DNA of 38,696 nucleotides from a virus: positions 1 through 38,696 of IMG/VR virus record IMGVR_UViG_3300013370_000001. One strand, given 5' to 3'. The notes below the pieces were generated by a model. It saw only the letters and a program-made list of their open reading frames with translations. It was not told the origin of the DNA and ran no database searches. The translations under genes and the position numbers were made by a program. Numbering within the stretch: position 1 is the first letter of the stretch; the number at the start of each line of letters is the position of its first letter. Shown in pieces: positions 1-8,350 of this stretch.

Positions 1-107
1 GAGCAAGTCTTTAGCAATTGGCAGGAATGCAATAGAGAAAACCGACAGCAAGGCGCTGATTATTGGCATGACTTTATGAGCAAACGTGCCAAGCGTGGTT
101 ATAAGGG
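1..107. repeat. Terminal direct repeat, copy 1 (identical to 38590-38696)
   Basis: Direct reading: bases 1-107 equal 38590-38696. This fits circular closure, an assembly overlap or terminal redundancy. Confidence 0.95.
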
Positions 108-147
108 CGCACAGGCTGTTGTTGATAAGATGAATAGATTGAAGTAA
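1..147 (+). CDS. Hypothetical protein, 3' part of the junction-spanning ORF (stop TAA 145-147)
   Basis: Frame 1 is open from base 1 to TAA at 145-147 and is continuous with the ORF starting at 38572. Confidence 0.45.
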   Translation, partial: EQVFSNWQECNRENRQQGADYWHDFMSKRAKRGYKGAQAVVDKMNRLK

Positions 148-153
148 CCAGTT

Positions 154-184
154 TGCCCTCACTTGATTGTGCAGGGCATTTTTT
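154..184 (+). terminator. Intrinsic terminator-like hairpin upstream of terS
   Basis: TGCCCTCAC / GTG(c)AGGGCA stem followed by TTTTTT. Confidence 0.6.
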
Positions 185-209
185 ATACCGACAAACGCTA
201 GGGGGCGTT

Positions 210-596
210 ATGAATGATGATACGTCTAATGGCGTTATAGGAAGTCCGACAAAGCTGACGCCTGAGTTGATTAATAAGGCCGCTGAGTATCTAGTGGTCT
301 TTAGAAGCGAGGGTGACTTAGTACCTACAATCGCAGGACTGTCTTGTTATCTAGGTATTTCAAGGTCATCAGTCTATAATTATAAAGATAAAAGTGCTGA
401 CTTTTTGGACATCTTAGAGAAAATTGAGGCCACGCAAGAGAAAATGCTTGTCAATGGCGGGCTATCAGGTGATTTTAATGCGCCTATTACTAAGATGATG
501 ATGACTAAGCATGGTTATAGTGACAAACAAGAAACAGAGGTGACTGGCAAAGGCGGTGCTGATCTATTCCCGTCTATTGTGGTGCGATATGAATGA
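210..596 (+). CDS. terS: Terminase small subunit (HTH-containing)
   Basis: ATG at 210 preceded by GGGGG. HTH-like segment IAGLSCYLGISRSSVYNYKDK. Sits immediately upstream of terL and overlaps it (ATGAATGA). Confidence 0.7.
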   Translation: MNDDTSNGVIGSPTKLTPELINKAAEYLVVFRSEGDLVPTIAGLSCYLGISRSSVYNYKDKSADFLDILEKIEATQEKMLVNGGLSGDFNAPITKMMMTKHGYSDKQETEVTGKGGADLFPSIVVRYE

Positions 597-1866
597 CGTT
601 ATTGTCGAGTTTCCAAGTAAGTTTGCAGCGTTCGATAAACCGTGTCGCTATAAGTTTGCTCGCGGTGGTCGAGGTAGTGGCAAGTCATGGTCGATTGCTA
701 AGAAGCTACTTATCAGGGGCGGTGAAAAACCTACTCGCATTCTATGTACTCGTGAAGTGCAAAAATCAATCAAGCAGTCGGTCCACCAATTGCTCAAAGA
801 CCAAATAATTGCAATGGGTCTTGATAACTTTTATCAGGTGCTAGACACAGAGATACGCGGTAAGAATGGCACTCGCATTTACTTTAGTGGCCTGAGTGAC
901 ATTACAGCAGACACTATCAAGTCGTTTGAAGGTGTTGATATATGCTGGATTGAAGAAGGGCAGGCAATAACAAAGAAGTCGCTTACTACTTTGGTGCCAA
1001 CGATACGTGCTGAAAACTCAGAGATATGGGTGTCGTATAACCCACAGCTTGATACTGACCCGATTCATGAGCTTGCAAGCAGTGAGCGTGATGATGTAAT
1101 CACGATTGATGTTAATTGGCATGATAATCCGTGGTTTCCTGATGTGCTGAATGACGAGCGACAAGAAGCAAAGAAGGCCATGTCCGTCGCTGAGTATGAG
1201 CACACATGGGAAGGTAGGTGTATGCCAGCCGTTGAGGGGGCGATTTACTTTGACCAGATAGCAGAATCAGAGGCAAAAGGGCGTATTACGCTACTACCTT
1301 ATGACCCTATGCTAAAAGTCCACACAGTTTGGGATTTAGGTTTCAATGACAGCATGTTTATTATCTTTGTTCAAAAACTTGCATCAGAAATACGTATTAT
1401 TGATGCAATCGAAGATAATAGACGCACACTGGTTGATTATGTGACCAACGATGTTGTACCTATGAATCTTAACTGGGGTGATGATTGGTTGCCACACGAT
1501 GGCTTTGCTAAGCGTCACCAGTCAGGTAAGTCGGATGCTGATGTTATGCGAGCGTTAGGCCGCAAGGTTATGCAGACGCCAAATATGGAAGTCGAGGCGG
1601 GTATTAGGCGCAGCCGTGAGGTATTTCCCCGCGTTTACTTCAATAAAGAATCAGCAGGGGTTATGCGCTTAGTTGAGTGTTTAAAGCGTTATCGCAGACA
1701 CGTAAGCAAAGCGACAGGCGAGCCAAGCCGACCAGTACATGACGAATACAGCCATGGTGCTGATGGCTTTCGCTATCTGTGCATTGTTGCTGACAAACTA
1801 ACAAACAGCGACCAAGAAGAATACGACAAGCCATCACCAATCCCTATAGTCACTAATTATTGGTAA
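589..1866 (+). CDS. terL: Terminase large subunit (PBSX/Terminase_6-like)
   Basis: Walker A-like ARGGRGSGKSWS near the N-terminus. Has a C-terminal nuclease-type region. The size and the position before the portal gene fit. Confidence 0.9.
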   Translation: MNDVIVEFPSKFAAFDKPCRYKFARGGRGSGKSWSIAKKLLIRGGEKPTRILCTREVQKSIKQSVHQLLKDQIIAMGLDNFYQVLDTEIRGKNGTRIYFSGLSDITADTIKSFEGVDICWIEEGQAITKKSLTTLVPTIRAENSEIWVSYNPQLDTDPIHELASSERDDVITIDVNWHDNPWFPDVLNDERQEAKKAMSVAEYEHTWEGRCMPAVEGAIYFDQIAESEAKGRITLLPYDPMLKVHTVWDLGFNDSMFIIFVQKLASEIRIIDAIEDNRRTLVDYVTNDVVPMNLNWGDDWLPHDGFAKRHQSGKSDADVMRALGRKVMQTPNMEVEAGIRRSREVFPRVYFNKESAGVMRLVECLKRYRRHVSKATGEPSRPVHDEYSHGADGFRYLCIVADKLTNSDQEEYDKPSPIPIVTNYW

Positions 1867-1872
1867 TAAACT

Positions 1873-4023
1873 ATGAGCAAGCAAAACGAAAAACTGCATG
1901 AGCGCTTGCTTGAGCGTATCGATGCAGACTATGAGCAATCGCATGACAACCAACGCCAGTCCTATGATGACCGGCGTTTTTGTTTTGTGGCAGGCGCACA
2001 GTGGGACGGTGATATTGGCAGACAGTTTGCAGGTCGTCCAAAGTTTGAGTTTAATAAGATTCAGCTTAGTGTTGTCCGTATCTATAACGAATGGGCTAAG
2101 AATCGCTTTACGGTAGAGTTTAGACCACAGAACGATGTTGCCGACAGTGACGCAGCTGATAACTTACAACAGCTATTTAGAGCCGATGAACGCGATAGTA
2201 ATGCTGATGAAGCTTACTCTACTGCATTCATGGAGGGCATTAGTGGTGGTATCGGTGCAATCCTACTTGAGGCTAAGTACGATGATGAGGATGGTGACGA
2301 TGACGAGTATCAACGTATTCGCATTAAGCCCATCTTTGAAGCTGATACGATGGTCTACTGGGATGCTAATGCGCGTCGTTACGACAAGGCAGATGCTAAG
2401 CACGTAACCATTGTTAGCTCAATGAGCAAGGCGCAGTTTGAATCTAAGTACAAAAAAGAGCCTGCCAGTTTTGACGACTTGCAAGGCTATCGATTTGATT
2501 GGCGTGATGGTGACAATGTACGAGTTGCTGAGCATTACGAGCTGACAGAAAAAAAAGTTGAAGTTACTAAGCTGTCACACCCTGAGGGCGGCGAGCCTAT
2601 CAAGCTATATGCTGATGATGAAGATTACGATCAGCAATTAGACGATTACATGGCTCAAGGCTTTGAGATTGATTTTGTTAAAAAGGTCAAGCGCAAACAG
2701 GTCGAGGGTTATGTTTTAGACGGTGACGGCATTGTCGAGAAGCTAGGCGTCATTGCAGGTAAATATCTGCCGGTAGCGCCGTTCTATGGCAAGCGCATGT
2801 ATGTTAGTGGTCGAGAGGTCACGCAAGGTCATGTTGGCTTATCTCGTGACGCTCAGATAGCATTTAACTTGAAAATGTCAGGGTTGATTGACTTAGCAAG
2901 CCGTCCGCAAGATGAGCTTCCAATCTTTACGCCTGCACAGATTAAAGGCCATGAGCAACAGTGGGCGAATAAAGAAGTCGCACGAGTACCATACCTAACA
3001 GTCAACCCGACTAAAGATGCAAACGGTCAGATGGTTGCAGTTGGCCCACAGTCATATACCAAAGCGCCAGTGATACCGCAAGCGATGGGTGCATTAATTG
3101 AGTCTAGCGGTGCGCTTATCGGCGAGCTAACAGGCAATCAGTCAAACGGTGAGCAGTTAGTAAGCAACGTATCAACCGAAGCCGTTGAAATGGTGCAAGA
3201 CAAGGTTGATGCTCAGGCATATATCTATCTCGATAACTTTGCTAAGACTATCGCACATGTTGGCAGAATATGGCTATCAATGGCGCAAGACGTTTATGAT
3301 GAAGAAAGCCGTGAAATGTCAGGTGTCACGCATGATGATACCGATAGTAAAGTCATTATCAATAAGCCTACTATCAAAGACGGCGCCCTTGCATACGAAA
3401 ACGATATGCAGGACGGTAAATATAAAGTAACCGTTGATATTGGTGAGGCATTTAGCACACAGCGCGATAAGACAATCAAACGTCTGCTTAACTTGGTGCC
3501 AATGATACAAGACCCGCAGCAGCAAGCCGCACTACTCAATACTATCTTGTCAAATCAAGATGGCGAGGGTATGCATGACTTGAGCCGTTACGCTCGCAAA
3601 AACTTGATTAACATGGGGATTGTTGAGCCTGATGAGCAAGAAGCTAAAGAGATGGCAGAGGCTCAACAGGCAGCGCAGAATCAGCCGCCTAGTGCGCAAG
3701 ACCAATACTTTGAGGCAGAGTCAGCTAAGGCACTTGCAGGTGCAGAGAAAGCGAAAGCTGACACGCAAAAGGTACTTGCTGAGGTTGACGAAACACGCGC
3801 TGATACGGCTAAGACTTTGTTCGAGATGCAGAGAGAGCAGCAGCAAACACAGCAGACCATGCAGGAAATGATGGTCATACTGCAAGCTATGCAGCAATCA
3901 CAATTAGCGAATGAGCAGCAAATCAAACAGGAAGTCACACCGCCACCTGAACAGCCAATGCCTGATATGGGGCAGATGGAGCAGATGATGGGTGAAGGTA
4001 TCCCACCAATGGAGGGTATGTGA
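1873..4023 (+). CDS. Portal protein, P22 gp1-type with long Q/E/M-rich C-terminal helical tail
   Basis: 716 aa. N-terminal DRRFCFVAGAQWDG motif is typical of P22-family portals. The C-terminal 100 aa are low-complexity coiled coil. Position follows terL. Confidence 0.88.
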   Translation: MSKQNEKLHERLLERIDADYEQSHDNQRQSYDDRRFCFVAGAQWDGDIGRQFAGRPKFEFNKIQLSVVRIYNEWAKNRFTVEFRPQNDVADSDAADNLQQLFRADERDSNADEAYSTAFMEGISGGIGAILLEAKYDDEDGDDDEYQRIRIKPIFEADTMVYWDANARRYDKADAKHVTIVSSMSKAQFESKYKKEPASFDDLQGYRFDWRDGDNVRVAEHYELTEKKVEVTKLSHPEGGEPIKLYADDEDYDQQLDDYMAQGFEIDFVKKVKRKQVEGYVLDGDGIVEKLGVIAGKYLPVAPFYGKRMYVSGREVTQGHVGLSRDAQIAFNLKMSGLIDLASRPQDELPIFTPAQIKGHEQQWANKEVARVPYLTVNPTKDANGQMVAVGPQSYTKAPVIPQAMGALIESSGALIGELTGNQSNGEQLVSNVSTEAVEMVQDKVDAQAYIYLDNFAKTIAHVGRIWLSMAQDVYDEESREMSGVTHDDTDSKVIINKPTIKDGALAYENDMQDGKYKVTVDIGEAFSTQRDKTIKRLLNLVPMIQDPQQQAALLNTILSNQDGEGMHDLSRYARKNLINMGIVEPDEQEAKEMAEAQQAAQNQPPSAQDQYFEAESAKALAGAEKAKADTQKVLAEVDETRADTAKTLFEMQREQQQTQQTMQEMMVILQAMQQSQLANEQQIKQEVTPPPEQPMPDMGQMEQMMGEGIPPMEGM

Positions 4024-4187
4024 TGAGCGATGACATCAAGGCCACTTGCTTCGCATTGTTTTTCATGGCTTTGTTTGCATTGTTTTTATTTGCAAACGAC
4101 CATAAACAGGGGTTATTGAATGAAGCTAATCCTACTACTTATTGCCGAGTACTTTTTAATACGAATGGACAAGAAAATCAAAGCTGA
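4023..4187 (+). CDS. Possible small membrane protein (54 aa), start overlapping the portal stop
   Basis: ATG at 4023 overlaps the portal TGA. Hydrophobic stretch CFALFFMALFALFLF. A competing 34-codon ORF at 4120..4224 has a better SD, so either or neither may be real. Confidence 0.25.
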   Translation: MSDDIKATCFALFFMALFALFLFANDHKQGLLNEANPTTYCRVLFNTNGQENQS

Positions 4188-4213
4188 TGACGAGAAGTTA
4201 TCTAGCGAAAACG

Positions 4214-4238
4214 AGCCACTTTAACGAGTGGTTTTTTT
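4214..4238 (+). terminator. Intrinsic terminator
   Basis: AGCCACT-ttaacg-AGTGGTT hairpin followed by a T-run. Confidence 0.6.
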
Positions 4239-4294
4239 ATTGCCAAAAATTAACCAACAGCTACCAGATGCTATAAATCTGAGGAGATATAAAC

Positions 4295-5155
4295 GTGAGT
4301 GAATTTGACGACAACCAAGACTATCAAGAAGATGCCGAGCAAGTCGATGACGAGCTGTTAGACGACGAGCAAGACATTGAAGATGGTCAAGACGATGAGC
4401 AAGATGCCGACGGTGAAGAATCCGAAAGCCAAGATGATAGCGCCGATGATGCGCTTGATTTTAGCTTTGATGATGACGGTGATAGCAGCGACCCTTTCAA
4501 AGGGCAAGAAGCGCCTGAGTGGGTGAAGAAAGTCCGAGAGGAAAACCGCGAGCTTAAGCGTCAATTAAAGCAGCGCGAATCACAGCAGTTTGAGCAGCAA
4601 GTGTTACGCGAGAAGCCAACGCTTGATGACCATGACTATGACAGTGACGCGTTTGAGCAAGACTACGCGCAGTGGCTACAAGAAAAGCAGCAGGTTGATG
4701 CGCAGGTACACGCCGAGCGGCAAAAGTACCAACAGTATCATGAACGCTATAAAGCCGATGTTGACGCGATTAAGGCAAAAGCACCTGATTATGACGAGGT
4801 AGAGCTATCCGTCGTTGATGTGCTGTCTGAGCAAAAACAAGGCTTACTGCAAATGCTAGTCGATAACCCTGCCAAAGTGGTTTACGCGCTTGGTAAAAAC
4901 TCACCGGCACAACTGGAGCGATTGTCAAAACTTGATGACATTCAGTTTGCTAAACAAATCGTCTTAATGGAGATGCAAATGTCGTCCAAGACCAAATCAC
5001 GCAACTCAAACAAGCCAAAGCCGAAAACGCATGAGCTAGAAGGTGCAGCAGGAGGGGCTGATACTCGACTGGCTAAGCTTGAAGCAGAGGCAGACCGTAC
5101 AGGCGACCGCTCGAAAGTGGCTGCATACAAAAAACAATTGAAATCTAAGGGGTAG
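4295..5155 (+). CDS. Scaffolding protein with an extremely acidic N-terminal ~70 aa
   Basis: GTG start with GAGGAG SD 8 nt upstream. Coiled-coil, charged composition. Lies between portal and coat as in P22 gp8. Confidence 0.65.
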   Translation: MSEFDDNQDYQEDAEQVDDELLDDEQDIEDGQDDEQDADGEESESQDDSADDALDFSFDDDGDSSDPFKGQEAPEWVKKVREENRELKRQLKQRESQQFEQQVLREKPTLDDHDYDSDAFEQDYAQWLQEKQQVDAQVHAERQKYQQYHERYKADVDAIKAKAPDYDEVELSVVDVLSEQKQGLLQMLVDNPAKVVYALGKNSPAQLERLSKLDDIQFAKQIVLMEMQMSSKTKSRNSNKPKPKTHELEGAAGGADTRLAKLEAEADRTGDRSKVAAYKKQLKSKG

Positions 5156-5158
5156 AAC

Positions 5159-6439
5159 ATGGCTGGATCAACTAAAAACCAGTTATTAAAGCAAGAGTTA
5201 GTAATGTTTGATGAAGTCATCGCTGACTTTGAAGAAACGTTAGTTTATACACGAATGGCAGAACGCTTTAACATTGGCGATGCCGCCGTATCAGCTCGCG
5301 CTAATGATACCGTATGGCGTCCAATGCCATTGCAAGTAGACAGCCAAGAAGGTTTAGACCAAACAGGTAACTTCTTAGGTCATACCGAAATGGCAGTACC
5401 AGTAACCGTTGACCGTGTGCGCTCAGTGCCAGGCACTATCAATAGCCGCGAATTGCGTGACCCTAGTGTGCTACGCCGTAAAGGTAACGCTGCTAAGCAA
5501 AAGCTCGCTAGTGATGTGAATGATGCACTGCGTCGTCAAGTGGCTTACTACGGTTCAATCGTTGATACTCGCGCAGGTGCAGCAACTGGCTTTGATGATG
5601 TGGCTTCACTTATGGCTAAGTTTGACGACCTAGGTGTGCCTGAAAATGACCGTATGGCAATCTACTCAAGCCGCGATATGGTGAAAATGGCCGCTGACCT
5701 AGCAAGCCGTCAAACGCTATCAGGCAAGACGCAGACAGCGTATGAAAAAGCCTATATCAACGAGATTGCAGGTTTTGACGTACATAAAGACGCATCAGGT
5801 ATTTATCTGCCAGCCGCAACCGCAACAGGCGCAACGGTAACAGGTGCTAATCAGCGTCATATTCCGACTGCGACCAAGAAAAACCCAGCCACAGGTGACG
5901 AGCATAACGTTGACAACCGCTCAATGAAGCTGACCGTAGCTGCAACTGGTGGCGCGTTCGGCGTTGGTGATGCGTTCACGATTGCGGGTGTTTACGCCGT
6001 CAATATGAAAAACAAGCAGCAAACGCAAGAGCTTAAAACGTTCCGCGTTATTGGCGTTGATAGTGCAACTCAGATCGAAATTGTGCCAGCCATTGTTTGT
6101 GATGACGGTGCTAATCCTACTGGCGCAGAATCAGCGTACAAAAACGTATCAGCGACCCCAGCAGCAGGCGCAGCAATTACCCTGCTGAACAAGAACGCAT
6201 CATACGCCAATAGTGCGTTTGTTAAAGGTGCGCTTGAGTTTATCCCGTCAACATTGGCGCTTGATGGTCAAGATGGTTGGGCGACCACTAAGGCGACGCT
6301 TGATAACGGCTTAACGGTTTACTATACCCGTCAAGGCGATATTAACGACCTATCGACTAAGTATCGTTGGGATATTGTGTTTGGTACTGCGTTGCTCAAT
6401 CCTGAGATGGCCGGTATTCAGTTATTTAATCAAGCATAG
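5159..6439 (+). CDS. Major capsid (coat) protein, P22 gp5-like size and position
   Basis: 426 aa with a strong SD. Follows the scaffold. Composition and gene order match P22-like coat proteins. Confidence 0.8.
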   Translation: MAGSTKNQLLKQELVMFDEVIADFEETLVYTRMAERFNIGDAAVSARANDTVWRPMPLQVDSQEGLDQTGNFLGHTEMAVPVTVDRVRSVPGTINSRELRDPSVLRRKGNAAKQKLASDVNDALRRQVAYYGSIVDTRAGAATGFDDVASLMAKFDDLGVPENDRMAIYSSRDMVKMAADLASRQTLSGKTQTAYEKAYINEIAGFDVHKDASGIYLPAATATGATVTGANQRHIPTATKKNPATGDEHNVDNRSMKLTVAATGGAFGVGDAFTIAGVYAVNMKNKQQTQELKTFRVIGVDSATQIEIVPAIVCDDGANPTGAESAYKNVSATPAAGAAITLLNKNASYANSAFVKGALEFIPSTLALDGQDGWATTKATLDNGLTVYYTRQGDINDLSTKYRWDIVFGTALLNPEMAGIQLFNQA

Positions 6440-6450
6440 GGGATAGATAA

Positions 6451-6645
6451 ATGGCAGTTCCTACTTTTACAGCAGCAGAAATTACCGTTGATGGTGTGAC
6501 AGGCTTATACCATTGCTCATTCACGGTATCAGGTACAACCGAGAAAGCGGAAGGGGTTGGTGATAACGAATACCAAGCTAAGCGTCATGCGGTCGTGACT
6601 TATCGCAAGGCCAATCCGCTTGCGTTTCTTGATATCCCTGCTTAG
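6451..6645 (+). CDS. Hypothetical protein (64 aa)
   Basis: ATG with AGGGGA SD. Lies in the head module. Confidence 0.5.
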   Translation: MAVPTFTAAEITVDGVTGLYHCSFTVSGTTEKAEGVGDNEYQAKRHAVVTYRKANPLAFLDIPA

Positions 6646-6728
6646 TAGTTAATTATTAGATTTATGGTTATATGTACTGGCTTCGGCCGGTGCATATTGC
6701 AATGGATTTAACCAACGGAGATGAAGAA

Positions 6729-7067
6729 ATGGCAGACTTAAAAAACATATTTCAGCGAGAGTTTACACCAAGCGATAATGACGATAGCGATATCACGTTT
6801 GATTTTGGCGTTGCCATCAGAAAGCTAAAAGAGGGTTGCAAGGTCGCGAGAAAAGGTTGGAACGGCAACGGCATGTTTGTCTACTATGTGCCAGCAGCAA
6901 GCTATCCAATGCAGCGCAATAACCTGGAAACGATGGGCGGAATATTCCCTGATGACATGGTGCCATATCGCGAGTACCTAGCACTAAAGACTGCGCAAAA
7001 CGATGTATCAACATGGGCACCTAGCGTATCAGATGCACTAGCAACCGACTGGCAACTACTAAAGTAA
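6729..7067 (+). CDS. DUF2829-family protein (Tad2-like candidate signal sponge)
   Basis: FDFGVAIRKLKEGCKVARKGWNGNGMFVYY ... STWAPSVSDALATDWQLL matches the DUF2829 signature as I recall it (F..A...LK.G.KV.RKGW ... W.PS..D.LA.DW). ATG at 6729 has a GGAG SD. Confidence 0.7.
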   Translation: MADLKNIFQREFTPSDNDDSDITFDFGVAIRKLKEGCKVARKGWNGNGMFVYYVPAASYPMQRNNLETMGGIFPDDMVPYREYLALKTAQNDVSTWAPSVSDALATDWQLLK

Positions 7068-7077
7068 GGATAAAACA

Positions 7078-7560
7078 ATGTCAAAGATTATGATTTATGC
7101 CCCGCTATCAGCCATCGGCGGTACGATTGAAAACGTATGGGGTTACGAGATGCGCGTCAAGTCGATTGATTCAAGCGATAAAGACGCCGTTGAGCAGGCT
7201 AAAGCGGACGGTTGGTCAAAAAAAGCGCAAGACGTTATCGATCAAGTAGAAGCCGAAAAGCTGCAAGCCGAAAACAAAGTTATGAAAGGTCAATTAGGCG
7301 ACAGTAAGCGCGTCAAAGAGCTTGAAGAACAGTTATCGCAAGCATTGACCGAGATTGCAGGGCTTGAAGAAACCGTGACCGTACTGACCGATAAAGTCGA
7401 AGTGTACGAAAAGGCCAAAGATAAAAACGGTAACGGCAAGGTCGATTATGAAGAAATGACCAACGCCGAATTGCAAAAGCTACTTGACCAGCGAAAGGTT
7501 GAATACAACAAGCGCGATGGTAAAGATGCGCTAATCAAAGCAGCCAAAGATAGCGAGTAA
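7078..7560 (+). CDS. Hypothetical coiled-coil protein with C-terminal HeH/SAP-like motif
   Basis: 160 aa. Central heptad-rich region. C-terminal MTNAELQKLLDQRKVEYNKRDGKDALIKAA resembles the Rho-N/HeH motif. Confidence 0.5.
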   Translation: MSKIMIYAPLSAIGGTIENVWGYEMRVKSIDSSDKDAVEQAKADGWSKKAQDVIDQVEAEKLQAENKVMKGQLGDSKRVKELEEQLSQALTEIAGLEETVTVLTDKVEVYEKAKDKNGNGKVDYEEMTNAELQKLLDQRKVEYNKRDGKDALIKAAKDSE

Positions 7561-7561
7561 A

Positions 7562-7570
7562 TGCTATAAT
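7562..7570 (+). promoter_or_regulatory. Extended -10 promoter element TGCTATAAT
   Basis: A perfect TGnTATAAT lies 25 nt upstream of the 7595 ATG. Confidence 0.45.
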
Positions 7571-7594
7571 ATCCCTATAAAACAGGGAGATATC

Positions 7595-7885
7595 ATGGCT
7601 ATTTTATACTCACTCATATTGATACTTTTGGTTGTCATAGCTTTCGCTATTAGATGGTGCTTATCGCTCAACAAGCAGAACACAGAAATAAGCGATATGC
7701 TAGCTGAGATTGACCATAAAGAATGGCTTACCAAAAGACGCGCTAATATGACGCAAGCACAGCGAGAAAGCGAGGACTTACATTTCAGTCAGCTACGCGC
7801 TATGCCACCAAGCGAGGTATTTAAGCCGAGAACAGGTAACAGTTTATCCAAAGACTTACTAGGCTTTGATTTACTATCTAAATAG
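7595..7885 (+). CDS. Small single-pass membrane protein (moron candidate)
   Basis: N-terminal TM segment ILYSLILILLVVIAFAIRW. Has its own SD (AGGGAGA), the promoter-like element upstream and a terminator downstream. Confidence 0.6.
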   Translation: MAILYSLILILLVVIAFAIRWCLSLNKQNTEISDMLAEIDHKEWLTKRRANMTQAQRESEDLHFSQLRAMPPSEVFKPRTGNSLSKDLLGFDLLSK

Positions 7886-7901
7886 CCAAGCGCAAAACAA
7901 C

Positions 7902-7925
7902 AACCACCTTAACGGGTGGTTTTTT
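7902..7925 (+). terminator. Intrinsic terminator
   Basis: AACCACC-ttaacg-GGTGGTT hairpin followed by TTTTT. Confidence 0.7.
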
Positions 7926-7938
7926 CATGGGGAAAGCA

Positions 7939-8349
7939 ATGATTCTCAAACGCGACATAGTAGACCGAGCTTTCAAACTCTTATCCATGTCGGGGTTTGA
8001 ATTAGACGACGGAGCAGAAGATGAGCAAGACATTCTGCAAGCGCTCGATGACATGATGGCAGAGCTGCAAACGGATAACTACGACTTTGGTTATCTTTTT
8101 GCCGAGGACGTTACCGAAAGCTATTTAGGCGATTTAGCAGGTATTAAGCGCGACGCCATTAGTGGCATTGCTCATAAGCTCGCATTACGCATCTGTAGCT
8201 TGTTTGGTAAGACGCCGCCAGTGTTGCTACTCAATCAAGCTGACGACGCCTATAACGCATTACTGACACGCTATCAAAAGATACCGCTAGTCACTGAACG
8301 CGAAGAAAACTGGTTTTATGGCGTGGGTAATAAGGTAAGGTGGTGGTGA
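7939..8349 (+). CDS. Head-to-tail adaptor, P22 gp4-like
   Basis: From memory of P22 gp4: DIVDRAFKLL vs DLVRAALRKL, DILQALDDMMAEL vs DAVDDLEAMMAEW, AISGIAHKLALRI vs AVSAVFHNLACRI. Lies immediately upstream of the gp10-like gene. Confidence 0.65.
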   Translation: MILKRDIVDRAFKLLSMSGFELDDGAEDEQDILQALDDMMAELQTDNYDFGYLFAEDVTESYLGDLAGIKRDAISGIAHKLALRICSLFGKTPPVLLLNQADDAYNALLTRYQKIPLVTEREENWFYGVGNKVRWW

Positions 8350-8350
8350 T

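Noticed and set aside
593-808. Alternative-frame ORFs nested in terL and the portal gene (593-808, 1898-2116, 2135-2407, 3185-3430, 3620-3871).
   Set aside because: They are same-strand out-of-frame ORFs inside well-supported genes. They lack SD sequences and have low-complexity or Cys/Arg-rich translations.
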